A DNA stretch of 63,814 nucleotides, filler included, from Octopus bimaculoides (GCF_001194135.2; 6 parts of 6 records of this genome joined end to end with filler, not necessarily neighbours in it), one strand, 5' to 3'. Numbered from the whole stretch's first letter, positions 23,150-38,524 are shown. The notes: generated by a model from the letters alone, not told the origin. Made by a program: numbers and translations.

Positions 23150-26100
23150 AGTGTGTGTGTATGTGTGTGTGCGCGCGCGCAAGTACATATATGCTTATAA
23201 ATACATAGATATACAACCAAGAATATATGCATACAGATACATACACACTCACACACACATATATATATAGCTATTCGTGTTTGTGTCTGAGGATACAAAC
23301 CGATGCTGTAGGGAATTTTTTTAATAAGATTATCACTTATCGAATAGCAACCCTGTTAATCCTATGTAACATAATACTATATAATATATAAAGAGATAGT
23401 AAATAACTTTCCCCATCCTGTTATTCTCTAAAGGGATATCACTAAGCTACAATATTTTTGTTTCATTTACGAAAATCTAATCTTTAATGCTCCTAATTTT
23501 TTTCCTTATTTCTCTTATTCTAAAACCTCAGATTTTTATGCTAAAATGTTTACGCATTGTGTGGATACAACTTGAATATCAAGGTTGCTCTTGGTTTCAA
23601 CGGTGATGATGATAAGAAAAAATCTCAATCACCGATGTTCTACAGTCAAACATTTGCAAATGGCCGCTAAAATGAATTATATGGTGCGGGTACTTGTATC
23701 GCGAAGAACAGAACAATACACATAATGCATAGATACAAAGAAGAGGTATAATTTTTTGAAAATATAAATGAAATAGATTTTATATTTCTGTTCAACACTA
23801 ATGTTCTTCTACTGCTTCCGGTAAAATATTTAGAACTATTTTTTACTTATTTTGAAAATATAATACACTGAAATGAAATTCTATGAACTATATGTAAATA
23901 TTACTAATACATATATTCATCTATTCAGACAAACATTCATACTTACACAAGTATGTATACATAATTACATGCACATACACAAAGAGGTACCCTACATGCA
24001 TATACAATGGAAGTCTATACATAAATGAGGACTATGATTTAATGTTAAATAGCTACAAACATAATTTAGTAGCGTAAATATACAATGTTATTTGCATTTT
24101 AATTTTCTTGTGACTATCTTCTAATTACTCCACCATTTGATTAAACCCCATGCAAATTAAAGTTTCTGTCCTGTAGGGCTGAGTCTCGCTGTTTTCAATA
24201 ACAACATGTAAATCCCACTAAATGTACTGAGTGCCTATTTCTTTGTATATACACATATTCGTTCATATACATCTCTCCCCCCCTCTCTCTCTGTATATAT
24301 ATATATATATATATTTATATTAAGAGCATTACTACACATACATGCCTAGCGCTATTAGGGACTCATAAAGTCAAAACTACCATAATAAATATACAGTGTA
24401 CCGAACGCGAAGGAATGCAACCTTTAAAGCCAAACCTTAAAAACAGATTCAGTCGCAAATCATAATCATTTCATAGTTAGTGTACATAATCCACTTCCTA
24501 ATCGTTAGTGCAGGTATAATCCAGACACATAAAAAAAAAACAAAATCAACATATCAGACGGACACCAAATGTATCCAACATAGTACATAAAGATGTTCAC
24601 ACAAACATATCTATGCTCGACCACATACAACGGGGATGACATTCCAAAGGCCTGGGCAGTTTGAATGGGAAACGATACCCTTTATTCATGGCTGAGGTGA
24701 GAAAGCTGCAAGTGTAGAGTTAGAAACATGACGAGAGGAGACTTATATTTAGAAGTGCAAATGAGTATGTTTGTTAGCCCGTTTGCACTGAAGGAATGTT
24801 TAAATCACACCAAGACACGCACGTGTATGCATATATTCATATACAAACACCTATTAATGTTTATAGCCGTGTACTTGTTTTCGTAGATACCTGTATGTTC
24901 ACATTTTTCTTACAATCGCTTTCTTGATAATATTTCGATTTTCAGTAACTTTTCTAACAAAATTAAAACTTTAAGCATTTTCATTATAATAGATATAGAT
25001 TTCAATTAAAAAATAATGAAGAGTTGTACGTCAAAAAGACAAACTAATAGGAGAAATACATGTATAATTAATGATGAAAATAATTATTTCAAAATTAACT
25101 CTTTAACTGGAGAACATATGCAAAGGTCTGCAATGAAATGAGTGTGAGGACGTATATATAGATTAATAAACGGGTGATTATACATAACGTGTTATTTAAT
25201 ACATAACATCATTAAAAAGAAACAACATGAGAGTGGATTTCAGCAGTAAGAGAGAGAAGTGAGAACCGGCAGAACTAAAGAAACGCAAGGAAAATCATTG
25301 GTAGAAAACAATATGATAGAATCCACTTTCGCTTAGATTGCATGAACGATGAAAAACGGAAATAGAGTTGGAACTTGACGTTAGGTTGGACATAAGATAA
25401 TCAACAGTTATATATTGGTTCCCTTTCAATAAATATATATTTAGGATATTGGGAGAAGTATTTTCAAACAGTACAGAGATTTTGAATGTGTATCTTGCCC
25501 ATTATATGAAGCATGTATTCTGTAATTTTTGAAATTTACTGTTTTGTTAAGATGGGATCAACCAAAAAGGTACTCCATCCAGCAAGTGATAAATATCATT
25601 TAATGTACAAAGTATAAATATACGAAGTGCTAAAATTTTATGCCCAGGAGACGCGCGAAAGAACATGAATCTACCCCCCACCCACCCAACTCCTGAGTGA
25701 GCAGCTGTTTCGGGGAATTCACACCTCTCTCTGTTACTTTTTTCTACAAAACTAGCTTTGTTAAGGCTTCACCGTACAAAGGGCCATACCTCTAATTTTC
25801 TGTTTTCTTTTTCTTCTTCTATCATCTTTTTTTGCTTCCCCCATCGCCATCCTTCTACATTTTTCATCTACCTTGTTTCTCGTTATTTCTTTGTTCCGGC
25901 GTCCTGATATATAATTTGATTAAGCCATATGTTCTCAGCTCAAAAGGCGTGTTATAAAACCCAGCCTAGACTCGCATCTCTAGTGCAGGAAATCATTATT
26001 GTCAGCTTTCGACTAGCGAACACTCACACAAGGTTTCTGCATACTGTTTCCCATACAGTTATGTCTGCGCCATTATAATTACTAGGACTCCTTCAATTTC

Positions 26101-26679
26101 TTTTTGCATTCGTTTATTGCTTTTTCAATGTATTCATATTTTTGCTTTTAGACTTTTTAATGATACATTATTTATTTCAATTCTACACTTGTCGTACAAT
26201 TTTGTGTTTGCCTTTAGCCAATTAATCTAATTTACAATTAATTTAAATTTAGTGCATCTTTGTTCATTCGACCAATTACAAAACAGTCATTTTTATAATT
26301 AAATATATTTGTGTACCATATTTTCAGAGAATCTTGATCAATGGTTCTTCACAGACTAACCTTATTTTACCTTATTTTAAATTGCATTAACTACATTGAT
26401 GTGTGAAAATGTGTATATTATCCATCTACTTCAACAAAAATAATCATATATTTTAATATACTATAGACAACGTTCTTTCTTAATTTCAAATAGTTTAGTT
26501 CACCTTCATAAGTTAAGCATCATTTTATTTTTCCTAAGACACTTATTTCGTGATAGTTCTAGTACAGGTCCTGTTTTTTCTTTTAACTCTTAGCTGTTTT
26601 CTTTACAACTTTAGCTTTCTTATTTCCTCTTTATTTTTCTCCTCTGTTACAATCTCTCAATGTTTCTCTTTTCTGAGTT

Positions 26680-26850
26680 TGAGAGCTGGTAGCGTGGTTA
26701 GCACGCTAGGCAACTTATCTAAAGGCATTACTTCCGGCTTTACTTTGTGCATTTAAATTCTGCAGAGGTCGCATTGTCATTCATCATATAGGGGTCGATA
26801 ACATAAGTGCTTGCTGAATACTAGGGCCAATACAATTGACTTTTCCCCTT
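26680..26850 (+). mobile_element. SINE family A, strongly diverged
   Basis: gagctggtagcgtggttagcacgc...aaattctgcagaggtcg...ggggtcgataacataagt. Confidence 0.7.
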
Positions 26851-26889
26851 TCACATAACCGTTGGTCTTGTCATACAATAATATAGATA

Positions 26890-27990
26890 CATTTTCGAAT
26901 AACGTTTTGGTGACGGAGGGTGTTAGACACGGTTGCCCTCTTTTGAGTTGCCTGACTTGATACTGTTTCATGTAGGACCTTGGATAGCAAGTCAAGATGT
27001 TTCTGGAAAACATCTACCAACACTCCATGAAGATCCATTAGATGTTTTGGCAACGCGTTAAACAGCTGTGGGTTTCTGAATGCCAAACTATTGCAGTACA
27101 TGCTATTCATTCTAGATGGGACAGCTGAGACTTTGGAATAGAACAGTGGTGTCAAACTCGGTGTCAGGTACAGCTCTCAATTCCGAAATTTGGTACCAGC
27201 CTCGCCAATATCGTCCATACATATAACATTACATACCTCTACCGCTTTCGCTACAGAAATTAGAGTCGTAGCTCTTTCAGTTTCTCCCAGTAGCTCAGCT
27301 GTTCCATTGATGCAATCTTCTTGTGTAACATCACTGAACTACTACAAGTTCTGTTATTAATCTGACATTGTACGGTGACCACAGTTGAGAGCAGTAATCC
27401 AGACGGCTGAGGACAAATGTACTCCATAGGACCAGCATAATTTCGTATTCCCTTCTTCAAAAGTTCCTTACAGTCAATCCGGCAATTCGCCTGTACACTG
27501 CTAACATCTTGGTGATATGCTTGTGAAATGAAGCATTGTTGGTCATATCAAACCCGAGATCACACACTGTATGTGATTCTGGGACTGTCGCTCTTTTAGG
27601 TCCAAAGTATCGTTGTCGCGGATTCTGAGTACAAATTAGAGGACAGCGGAGTGCTAAGAATTTGCCAGCATTAAATTATATACCCATTTATATATGGCTC
27701 CTAGGTCTTTCTGTAGGAGATTAACAGCAGAAGGTTTCTTGACTGCTTCTACTAATTTTGTGTCGTCGGCATTGCTAGTAAATGTGTCTGTCTGTGTAAC
27801 TGATGCTATGCATGAAAGAGCCACCATGAACAGTAGCAGCTCCAATACACTTACCTAAGACACACCACTTTATATTACGGTCTCTTTGGAGAGGGCTCCA
27901 TTGGCTATCACAGCCTGGCTTCTGTCTTTTAAGAAGTCATGCAAACACTCTTCGAGTTTAGCGGTCATGCTGAGTCTCCGTAGCTTGTGA
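26890..27990 (-). pseudogene. CR1/Jockey-group LINE RT and C-terminal remnant
   Basis: ADDTKL (YADD-like RT motif)..LLQKDLGAIYKW, SMEQLSYWEKLKELRL, NSLAFRNPQLFNALPKHL; multiple stops and frameshifts. Confidence 0.85.
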
Positions 27991-28541
27991 CATATATCTT
28001 ATTCTCAATCTTATCAAATATATACATATATTGTATCCAACTATTATATTTAATATATTTAATTTATTATCCGTATAATCTCTCTCTTTCCCTCTCTTAT
28101 ATATATATATATNNNNNNNNNNNNNNNNNNNNNNNNNNNNNNNNNNNNNNNNNNNNNNNNNNNNNNNNNNNNNNNNNNNNNNNNNNNNNNNNNNNNNNNN
28201 NNNNNNNNNNNNNNNNNNNNNNNNNNNNNNNNNNNNNNNNNNNNNNNNNNNNNNNNNNNNNNNNNNNNNNNNNNNNNNNNNNNNNNNNNNNNNNNNNNNN
28301 NNNNNNNNNNNNNNNNNNNNNNNNNNNNNNNNNNNNNNNNNNNNNNNNNNNNNNNNNNNNNNNNNNNNNNNNNNNNNNNNNNNNNNNNNNNNNNNNNNNN
28401 NNNNNNNNNNNNNNNNNNNNNNNNNNNNNNNNNNNNNNNNNNNNNNNNNNNNNNNNNNNNNNNNNNNNNNNNNNNNNNNNNNNNNNNNNNNNNNNNNNNN
28501 NNNNNNNNNNNNNNAGACATACTTAGTATGTCCTTTGATTA

Positions 28542-28584
<43 letters not shown>

Positions 28585-30216
28585 ACGCACACACACACAC
28601 ACATATATAGATATATATACACATACATATGCATACACACATATACATACATATGTGGGTGTGTGAAAGAGATTAAGTGTAAGTGTCTGTGATTGAGACT
28701 TTGTGTATGCGTGTGTGTCTTTCAAAGCTTGCCGTATAGAAGCACGGCTGTGTACCAATTTACATTTTTAGGGAACTCTTTAATAGATTACTGCTATCGT
28801 CTGCATTCATGCCTATTTATCTATTTTGTGATATATATTTTTCATTGTGTCTACTACTGAGACGTAAAGGAAAAGGTTTTCTAGAGCTAGGGTTACAATT
28901 AATAAAAACTCAAAGAGCACTCGTAACTTAGATGCAAGCTGTATAATTCAAAAGATGGGATAACTATAGATTGTGTCCTGGTACGTATTTTTAACATATT
29001 CCACTTAGCAATAAGAGAAAGCGAAATAATACCGAAACGGAAACATATAATATACACTAGATATGTAATATGTATGCTATTTATAATGAACCCATGAATG
29101 GACGTTGAGAAATTAGCAAAGAGCCTAGAGAACAACTCAGCACAAAAATGTAATATCCAAAAGAAGCCTAATAAACTGTATTTCTACACATAAACAATCA
29201 GATTAAAATTTATAGAAACCTTACACTAGTTGACATACAATAAACATGTGATTCCATACGGCTCCATGGAGAGATAACATAATCACATAAATATAAAATG
29301 CCAGCACTATAATCTCTGTGTAGGAGACATTTACTTTTTTGATTTACAAACGAAACAGTAAATAAATCCGTTTAATACAACTATCACTATTTTGGATACG
29401 TTTGCCAACATCACTACGCAAAAGATCCGGGTTACTCAGTTTTGTAGTATGAAGGAAAAGCATACCAGAAAAAGACTACAGCCTAAGGAAACGGAACAAT
29501 AAAATGTGTCAAAAGAAACCACGAGGAAAATATTAAGATAAGAAAGAAAACAATAATATAAAAACTCAATAAAATGAAATATCCTCGTTCTTAATAAAGC
29601 ATGGAAGTGTGGTAAATCAGAGACGAAACCATATTAGAAAGCATGTGATTTTAAGATTTGACAGCTAAAACTTAAGTTGCAAGTTTCAGAATCCTGACTG
29701 TTTCATAGGCTTGACATATAAAACTCTCTCTCTCAGGATTACTCTAGATTTAAAAGCAGAACATTTACAGCAAATATATAACATAATGCCAGCAGACAAA
29801 TGTAGATAAAGTGCTTCGTAGCACACATCGTTTAAATCACTTGTTAAGGTTATCAGTACAGATAGTCTATAGAAATTATAGAAAGTGAACTGTAGAGATA
29901 AACTCAACAATTGATCTAAAGCACAGTGATAGCACCAACTTATAAAAACGCTTAATGTACTTTATAGTATATTATTGTTCCATAACGAAATACTGTGTCC
30001 CTAAAAGTCATTAACATCGTTTAAAAGGAACAAGTGTTTTCCGAGTACAAAATGCAGCATCCATTAACATGACCACGTTCGAATACGTCGGTACATGTAC
30101 AGAATGTATGATACGTAATCGTTCCGGTTTTCAATGTTCTTTGTGTCCGAACGACACAAGATATTCCAGGTGTACCAGACAGCAGCACAAGTCAACAAAA
30201 AATGTACTTGCAGAAT

Positions 30217-30279
<63 letters not shown>

Positions 30280-31214
30280 CATATATATATACATATCTAT
30301 CTATCTATCTATATTAAAAAAAACCGCCATACTTAGATCTGTTGACCCGGGTATAGGTTTCGACTTAAGAAACATAACCAGATTAAAAATATCGTGAATT
30401 TAAAGGCCCTTTCTGGAGACATATCCAATGCGTTGTACACAAATATCGTGAAAAGTTGATATTTGAAAACGAAATATAACAGCCGTTAACAAATATATTC
30501 ACGCTCAGCTCTGTGAGAACGTATTAAGAATGAGTATGTATATCATTTCCATGCTGACTTTTCCTGGTGCACGTGAAAATTAATTACATTTTTCCCACTC
30601 ACATATATGCACGTACGTGTACAAATGCACATATACATGCATACATAAATATATATGTATATATAGATAGAGGGATATATATATATATACATACATACAT
30701 ACATACATATATATATNNNNNNNNNNNNNNNNNNNNNNNNNNNNNNNNNNNNNNNNNNNNNNNNNNNNNNNNNNNNNNNNNNNNNNNNNNNNNNNNNNNN
30801 NNNNNNNNNNNNNNNNNNNNNNNNNNNNNNNNNNNNNNNNNNNNNNNNNNNNNNNNNNNNNNNNNNNNNNNNNNNNNNNNNNNNNNNNNNNNNNNNNNNN
30901 NNNNNNNNNNNNNNNNNNNNNNNNNNNNNNNNNNNNNNNNNNNNNNNNNNNNNNNNNNNNNNNNNNNNNNNNNNNNNNNNNNNNNNNNNNNNNNNNNNNN
31001 NNNNNNNNNNNNNNNNNNNNNNNNNNNNNNNNNNNNNNNNNNNNNNNNNNNNNNNNNNNNNNNNNNNNNNNNNNNNNNNNGAATGTAACTTATATTATTG
31101 GCCAAACATTTAGAAGTTTATAATGAAGAGAAAAATAAATACGGCGGTTTGACGTGGGGTCTTGCAGAGAGTAGTTAAAAAGAGAACTTGAGAAAGTTGA
31201 AGAAACTAGCGAGC

Positions 31215-31262
<48 letters not shown>

Positions 31263-31739
31263 CGGTAGGAGAGGTGGGTAGATATAAAACTAATATGTTA
31301 TAGAGAGATAGAGAAAATTAATTAATTTCTTTCTTGTTTATCAAAGAAATCTTAAATATACATATGACTAAGAAAATGATGAAAATATGTGAGAATCGAA
31401 GCTTGCAAGCAAATCAAGACTGAATTTATCTTTTTTTTGTTTTTTAAAGTAACATTTAGTAACAGATATTAGCTTATAAACACAGAGACCCACATACCTG
31501 CTGGCAATCATGAATATGCTCATATGTACTCACGCGTATAAAGGTGTGTGCATATGCTTGCATCTGTGTATGTGTTTGTGTGTGAGTGTCTGTGAGTGTT
31601 TTGTCTGCGTCCGTGTGTGTACGAGTTTGTGTGTAATGTGTGTGTGTGTGCGTGCGGATATGTATTTCTGTGCATGTGTGTTTGTGTGTGGCTAGAAAAG
31701 CATGGAATGTCAATTATTGTTGTGCTAGTTCTAGAGTCA

Positions 31740-32190
31740 ATTGACTGAAAGACATATCTTCCAAACCGAGTCCCGGGAGGACCGAGTCCGTTCATGAGGA
31801 AAACCCAATCCTATCGAGCAGTCCTATCGTAAGGAGAAGCCAGTCCTGATAATCCGTGGCTTGGGCTTGCATGACCATAATTTTATCCTCCAGGCCAGCT
31901 GTAATTGCCGCTATCACCCAAGCAGGGTCCACCTTTGGTGGTATGTCTCACACCCAGACCCTGGAAGTATGTCTTCCAAGATACGTGGGCAGCAGTACAA
32001 TTTCTGTCCTTTTTAATAGACTAGTGGACGCCTGTCTGTCTTTCTCCTACGGTTGCGAACCTTTTTTATGGTTGCGAACCTCTGACCTCTAGTTAAAAAC
32101 TGTATGCCATCCCAAACGTGTTGTAGACAGTGCTCCACTTCATCTTTGGTAGCTATGTCTATTTTTTCGACTTTATGATACATGTTTTGT
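31740..32190 (-). pseudogene. Decayed coding-like fragment, possibly LINE ORF1
   Basis: The minus strand gives EIVLLPTYLGRHTSRVWV*DIPPKVDPAWVIAAITAGLEDKIMV, with stops, in a GC-richer block. Confidence 0.4.
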
Positions 32191-32337
32191 AAATAACAGC
32201 GCTAAGTTTTGCTTTGAAGGCGACTTCCCTAGGAGGGGCGATTTTAACTTCGTCCCCCTCGTTTAGTAACATTTCTTTAAAGGTGGAAAGTTCTTTTCTA
32301 TACGCTTGTTATAATGATGTATATAATTATTATAACT

Positions 32338-32382
<45 letters not shown>

Positions 32383-32660
32383 ATATTTTTAAAGCACCAA
32401 AATTATCGCAAGGCCGTTGCTTAGAGCTTCATATTCCCGTTCTTCGGACAAGTGTGATGACGTCAGAACTGTTCGAAAAACGGGAGTGTGAAACTCTGAG
32501 TAACAATCTTAAACTACTTTAACAGCTTTGATAAATGCGTATTACTCTGCCTTTGATATTCGAATACTATTTTCCCCATTTTGTTTTGCACTTAGATGCT
32601 CACCTGTGTGCGTGTGTGTGTGTTTGTTTGCTTGTCTGTTTGTCTGTTCGTTTGTTTCTT

Positions 32661-32697
<37 letters not shown>

Positions 32698-33175
32698 AAT
32701 CAATATTAACTCCGTAGCTTGGGTGCATGCATATCCCCCTTTCAACTTATAATTGGACGAGAGTCTAAAAGACATTGTTACATAAGATGGTCGCGGGCTT
32801 GCTAGATTTCAAAATTAACATATAAATTCGTTTAGCACCATAACATGATAAAACTCTGAAAAATGTTAATTATTTTGGGTATCACTATAGCATAATTTAC
32901 GAATATATTCTATTCCTACAGGAAATCAAATGAAATTCTATATTATATAAAGATTCAAAATATTCTCTTAAGGGTTCACTCATTAGTGAATCCATATTAC
33001 AGTTAAATTGTATTCCTGTATTTATTGCTAGAATATTGTACAATGCCTACTCTAATGTACCAGTGTGTAATAGAAGAATAAGAAATGTGTTGTAAAATCC
33101 AGTATATATAATAGATGTCCGCACTGACATTGTTCGAGATTACTTTAACTAAATATCTTCGTGATTTCTGATAAC

Positions 33176-33280
33176 TCGTAGACGTCATAAGCTTCTTAAT
33201 AGAAATTCGATTAAGATAAGTTACTCATGTTGTAAAATTCTGCAAAATCCATTTATCATTTTAATTCCAGTACAAGAAAT
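33176..33280 (+). repeat. 105-bp direct repeat, copy 1
   Basis: Matches 34061-34165 with two substitutions. Confidence 0.9.
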
Positions 33281-34060
33281 GAGAGCCCATTTTTCTACTC
33301 TTAATTGCATTATTCTAACAACGGCATCGTTAACGGTCTATTTCGAATAAACTTAATGTGTCTTTCTGACTAAAGTCCAAGCCGATTGTAACAGTCTTCC
33401 GAGAAGCTACACTTACCTGATAGGTAATTGTATTAAAATTTGTTTTATCAACGTATACATTTAAGAAATATAACAACAGCATCGGTAGAAATATTTTCCA
33501 TGTTTGCATTGCTAAAGAAAAACGCTCCATATATAGGTACTACTTAACGCTCAAATCCAAGCTCCAATCATTGCTTAATAAGACAAGGTGGATAAAATAA
33601 GAACATGAGGATGTTTGTATGGAAACTTAGAAATGTAGGTTACTGCCGACAATACTCGCAGTTACTGCTTTCAAAATATGTGATTGTAAGATATTTATCT
33701 TACTCTAGCAATCTTTTTTCCAGACACTGGTTGATTCATAAAGTAACGAAATCTAGAAAAGTTGTATTAATGCAATGATTTTGTGGGTTCTTATATATTC
33801 ATATATATTGTATAAATGAACTTAAATATGTATAGTCTACATATATATCTATGTATGTTTATGTATATAAGTATAACTATATTATACATACATACGTATT
33901 TTTATTTTATCAACGGCTATAGTGTTCGGAAATATATGCACAGCCTACATACATGTCTATGAATATATATGTATATGTATAATAATATTAGGGACAAAAT
34001 AAAAAATTACCGGTAAAAACTCAATTAAAATCAATTCATGAAAAATTAAAATTAAATAAT

Positions 34061-34165
34061 TCGTAGACGTCATAAGCTTCTTAATAGAAATACGATTAAG
34101 ATGAGTTACTCATGTTGTAAAATTCTGCAAAATCCATTTATCATTTTAATTCCAGTACAAGAAAT
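34061..34165 (+). repeat. 105-bp direct repeat, copy 2
   Basis: Matches 33176-33280. Confidence 0.9.
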
Positions 34166-34831
34166 TTTCATCGATGAGTTCTTGAAACTTGGTTATTTTC
34201 CCTAAATCTATATATATGTATATGTATATCTATATGATACATGTCCAGACATATATATCTTTTTTTTTATCAAACGTTAAATTAAATGTACGGAATTATA
34301 CAATCTTTACTGCCTTCTCTGTCTAAGATCTACGAGATATCTTTGCAAGGATACACTGAATTAATTGTCACTCAGGTTGTGTCATTTCATTCAAATGCTA
34401 AAACATTCCGAAGCTTTCTGCCGATTATGGTTCACTCAATTCATAACAATTTAGCCACTATCATTTTAATATTCCTTATAGGATGGCCAAACTTGGGCAC
34501 ACAGTTTATTGAACTACCTATTGCTTTCACATAAATTTACCTTATTATCTATTGGTAATTAATCGTAACAGTAAACGTACTGTTTCCTCGTTTTATTATC
34601 GTCGAAGAAATATATATTTTTCATTTAAGTATTAACGGTTATTTACTTTGTAACTCAAATGGACAATAGTAATTTCCTAGACTTCCTACAAATTCTACAA
34701 TGTATTTCTATCTACATTTAAGACTACGTATGACATGCAACCAAATTTAATTACGCTAAAATCAGATAGAAAATATTTAATCCGTTGGTAATTTATATAT
34801 ATATATATATACACGCACAAATACACACACA

Positions 34832-34889
<58 letters not shown>

Positions 34890-36017
34890 TATATGCACAC
34901 TTTCATACATTCATAGACAATTTGCCTGTATGCTTAAAGTTGTTCTCGTAGAGTGTGTGTAAGAGGTGTTCGCTTAATATATCGTTTTGATTGTATTGAA
35001 TTTCGTTCTACCTGATCTATGCTGATGCTATTTACTAGCATTTCCAAGCTACAAGCATTATTCGCTCTTGAATGTCTGTTATGCTCGGCGAAACAAAACC
35101 TCCGTTCTGTTTAGTTAATAGTTTCAATATGTTAGAACAACAAAAGTAACATTTCATTGGATTCCTTATTGTAAATCTGGCTATACACTGCAAGTTTAGT
35201 TCCAATTGATTAAATATTGTTATTGGATGACCTGCGATATCTGCTGCAGGGGCTGCAAGAAAAATCTAGAATTTGAAGACTTTGTTATTTGAAGCACCTG
35301 CTTCCATTCTTTACAAGTCTGGGAGATGGAATGTGATTTTCGTAGTAACAATAATGCATTTTAGTGTCGCGAAAAATATTTGACACTGATTTATTTGAAA
35401 GATTTTTTTTTTCTGTATTCTCCTCTATATTGGGACAACGTATGACGGCAGAATGTGGAAGAACTCGACTAAGAACGTGGAACTCTGTACAAGGCGGAGT
35501 AAAAGTTTGTAGGCGATTTGGGGAAAGGACGCAACTGGTAACCTCCTCGAGAGATCTCAATACTACTCTAACAAAATGATTTCCTTTAAGCCGGCTCCTC
35601 ATATGATGTACAATTTCTAGTAATCACGCGGAAATGAAAAAGGATCTAGACTTAGATACAAGGAAGCTTTCAGTACAAGCAGGAGAAAATTAATGAGTGT
35701 ATCAATGAGCAGGTATATTAACAATAGCACTCTTTCACTACAATATCAGCATAGCAGCAATTTGTGGACTAATTTTTATCATAGTTATCTGAACTGAACA
35801 TATACCTCGTTACACATTTTCCGCAAATGTTATCAAGTAAATGAATCTAGGTAATAGACTTTCTAATACACAATGGAAACTGGACGTTTCTCAATACAAT
35901 TGTACAAGGAACTAATGCGCTTAAATTTACGTTACGTGCAAGTTAAAAGAAAACGGCGCTCGCCCCGAGATTGCTTTAGGTTGAATTCGGAAAAGTGGAA
36001 GCCTACGAATAGCAAAG

Positions 36018-36066
<49 letters not shown>

Positions 36067-36349
36067 CGTAGGTGCCCTAGACGCTACCTGGACAAGCGTT
36101 TTGTACCATAGCCTGGTGCCGAACAACTCGTTCTGATTTGTATGCACACACACACACACACAGACACACACACAAACACACGCACACACACACACGCGCG
36201 CGCGCGCACGCACACACACACACACACCTATATATATATATATATATATATGGTTATTAAGAGATGGAAGATACGATAATTTTTATTAATCACCACAATT
36301 GTTTCGACCCATATAGCATACAAACATACACACACATGTATACACATAC

Positions 36350-36386
<37 letters not shown>

Positions 36387-37187
36387 AGAAATTAAATTAG
36401 GTTATCGTATTATGCATTTCTGTATATACTGTAGAATGTGTTTTATTTGCATGCATTTCATTTCGCTAATTTCTGGTTTCATGATTTATCAAATAGTTTT
36501 AAATTTAAAATTTCATAACTGGGGAATCGTCAACAATTTTGTTATTTTGCATTTGGCTTATAAATTATAACGGAAAACAATCAACCGTGATGTGTCAGTA
36601 ATATATTACATATATCTGTTCGCAGATATTGCATCTCGCTAAATATTTGCTGACGATATTAAAACAAGTTATCTGCAATCTACAATATGCATGTCAGATT
36701 CTTATGAATGTAGTTAAATATGTAATTTGGCAAATTCATTCAATTTTCTAACAGATTAGATACGATAGATATGTATTTTGTGTTTTATAAGTTGGACAAT
36801 ATTCAAACATATTAGGTAATATATTGGCATTTTCAAATTAAAATTATGCTTAATGGATGTGTTTGAAGATAGAAATTTTATGATTATCATACATGTCAAA
36901 AAATTACTAACGCACGTAGTAATTAATGTTAAAATTTTAGAAGAATTATAATACTTTGATAGTTTAATATTAATGAAAAACCTTTGTGAATTGTAATCAC
37001 ATTACAGAATAGAAAGTTCATATAGTCTACATTACTTTCGCGTCTCGCTTAGTGTAGTTTTTCACTCGTCATGTTTTAGCTATTCAATAGTATTTCAGTA
37101 ATGAAGCAAATCATCAAATCATTGCCAACTATTTATATACTATAGTACATTATTACATATAAATCATGATATATATATATATATATA

Positions 37188-37287
37188 NNNNNNNNNNNNN
37201 NNNNNNNNNNNNNNNNNNNNNNNNNNNNNNNTTAATTAATTAANNNNNNNNNNNNNNNNNNNNNNNNNNNNNNNNNNNNNNNNNNNN
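37188..37287. other. Artificial scaffold-join spacer
   Basis: 44N-TTAATTAATTAA-44N. Confidence 0.95.
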
Positions 37288-38524
37288 ATAAAAACACATA
37301 TTCTCAGAAAAGGACGTAAATATAATGTATAGTTGAGTATCAACCCAGGCCAAACAGATCGATGATCAAATGCATTCTTGTGACCAACCCGTCTTTTTAA
37401 GGAATACGTAGGATTAATAAGCTGACGTTTATTTTCCTTGAAGGTTGACGGGTAGCCCAAGAGAGAGCCTCCAGTGGTCACCTTGTCTGCTAGAAATAGC
37501 AACCATATCGTACCTTATCATGTTAAATAAAAAATAAAGACATTACATAATGTTTTAAATATAGATATTTTTGTATTAAAAAATAATAGCAACAACACAT
37601 AAGAGAGTAACTAATGAATACAAACGTTAATTTTTTCTGTATCTTTCCCTCGGTGTAGACGAAGATCCGACGGTTACTGTGGAGATAAAGAATGTGTGGA
37701 TGAATAAATAAATAAACACACCTTTGAGAAGAGAAATTGTTGTTGTGTTGCCAAGGTGCGAGCATGTTTAGACACAAATATATACAGAAAACTGTCATTC
37801 CTTTATTCCTGTTCGAGTTGAGATTAACAGAATAAAATACGATGTATCGATTCCTATTTCATGCGGAGATGTATTTTTAGATAACCGAGTAAATATTTTC
37901 GGACCATCAGCCGAATAAAAGGAGGCGGGTCGCTGTCCGTTTCATGTCTCTAACGTAGCAGTTGTATATAAAATTATGACACTAAAAACTACTCTCTTTA
38001 AAGCCAAGCTTTAAGAGATTGCATTATAAACTTTCTTTTTCTTTCAACTCATTTATGTATTTCGACCACTTAATTGCAGCTACAAACGAGTGTAAACCGA
38101 CGAAGCAGAGAATACAATGGTTATATATGATCGAAGGTCTGTGTTAAAGAGCTGATTGTTTTGCTGACTGACCTCAGGTCAACTATAATTGGGTAAACCC
38201 GTGATAACTTGGAGTGGGGAATGAGCCAACTACAGAAACTTTTCGGTCGTTCGACCTTCTAAAATAAATTTTTCATAAATCACGCCCTGCAGTTTGGGGG
38301 TAGGATAGGGGGGGGGCGATAATGTAATNNNNNNNNNNCCTGCAGTTTGGGGGTAGGATAGGGGGGGGGCGATAATGTAATTCGAGATACTACAAAAACG
38401 GTGAAAACGGAGTGATCGTAACTGGAACGTCTGACCAGAAGTTTTATGGAACAGGAGTGGTTCCCGTTAAAGAAACGTAGAGGGAGCGGTGCCGTCTTAA
38501 AGCATGGGTTCACTTGGCGAGTCT

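Noticed and set aside
30069-30317. Cys-containing ORF MTTFEYVGTCTECMIRNRSGFQCSLCP
   Set aside because: The spacing fits no zinc-finger class I recognise, and the ORF runs into a (CT)n tract.
35285-35602. 105-aa minus-strand ORF and overlapping 71-aa plus ORF
   Set aside because: There is no recognisable motif, and both use non-ATG starts. It is possibly old LINE debris but I cannot support a call.
38286-38381. 43-bp direct repeat around a 10-N gap
   Set aside because: Identical sequence on both sides of a tiny gap indicates an uncollapsed contig overlap.
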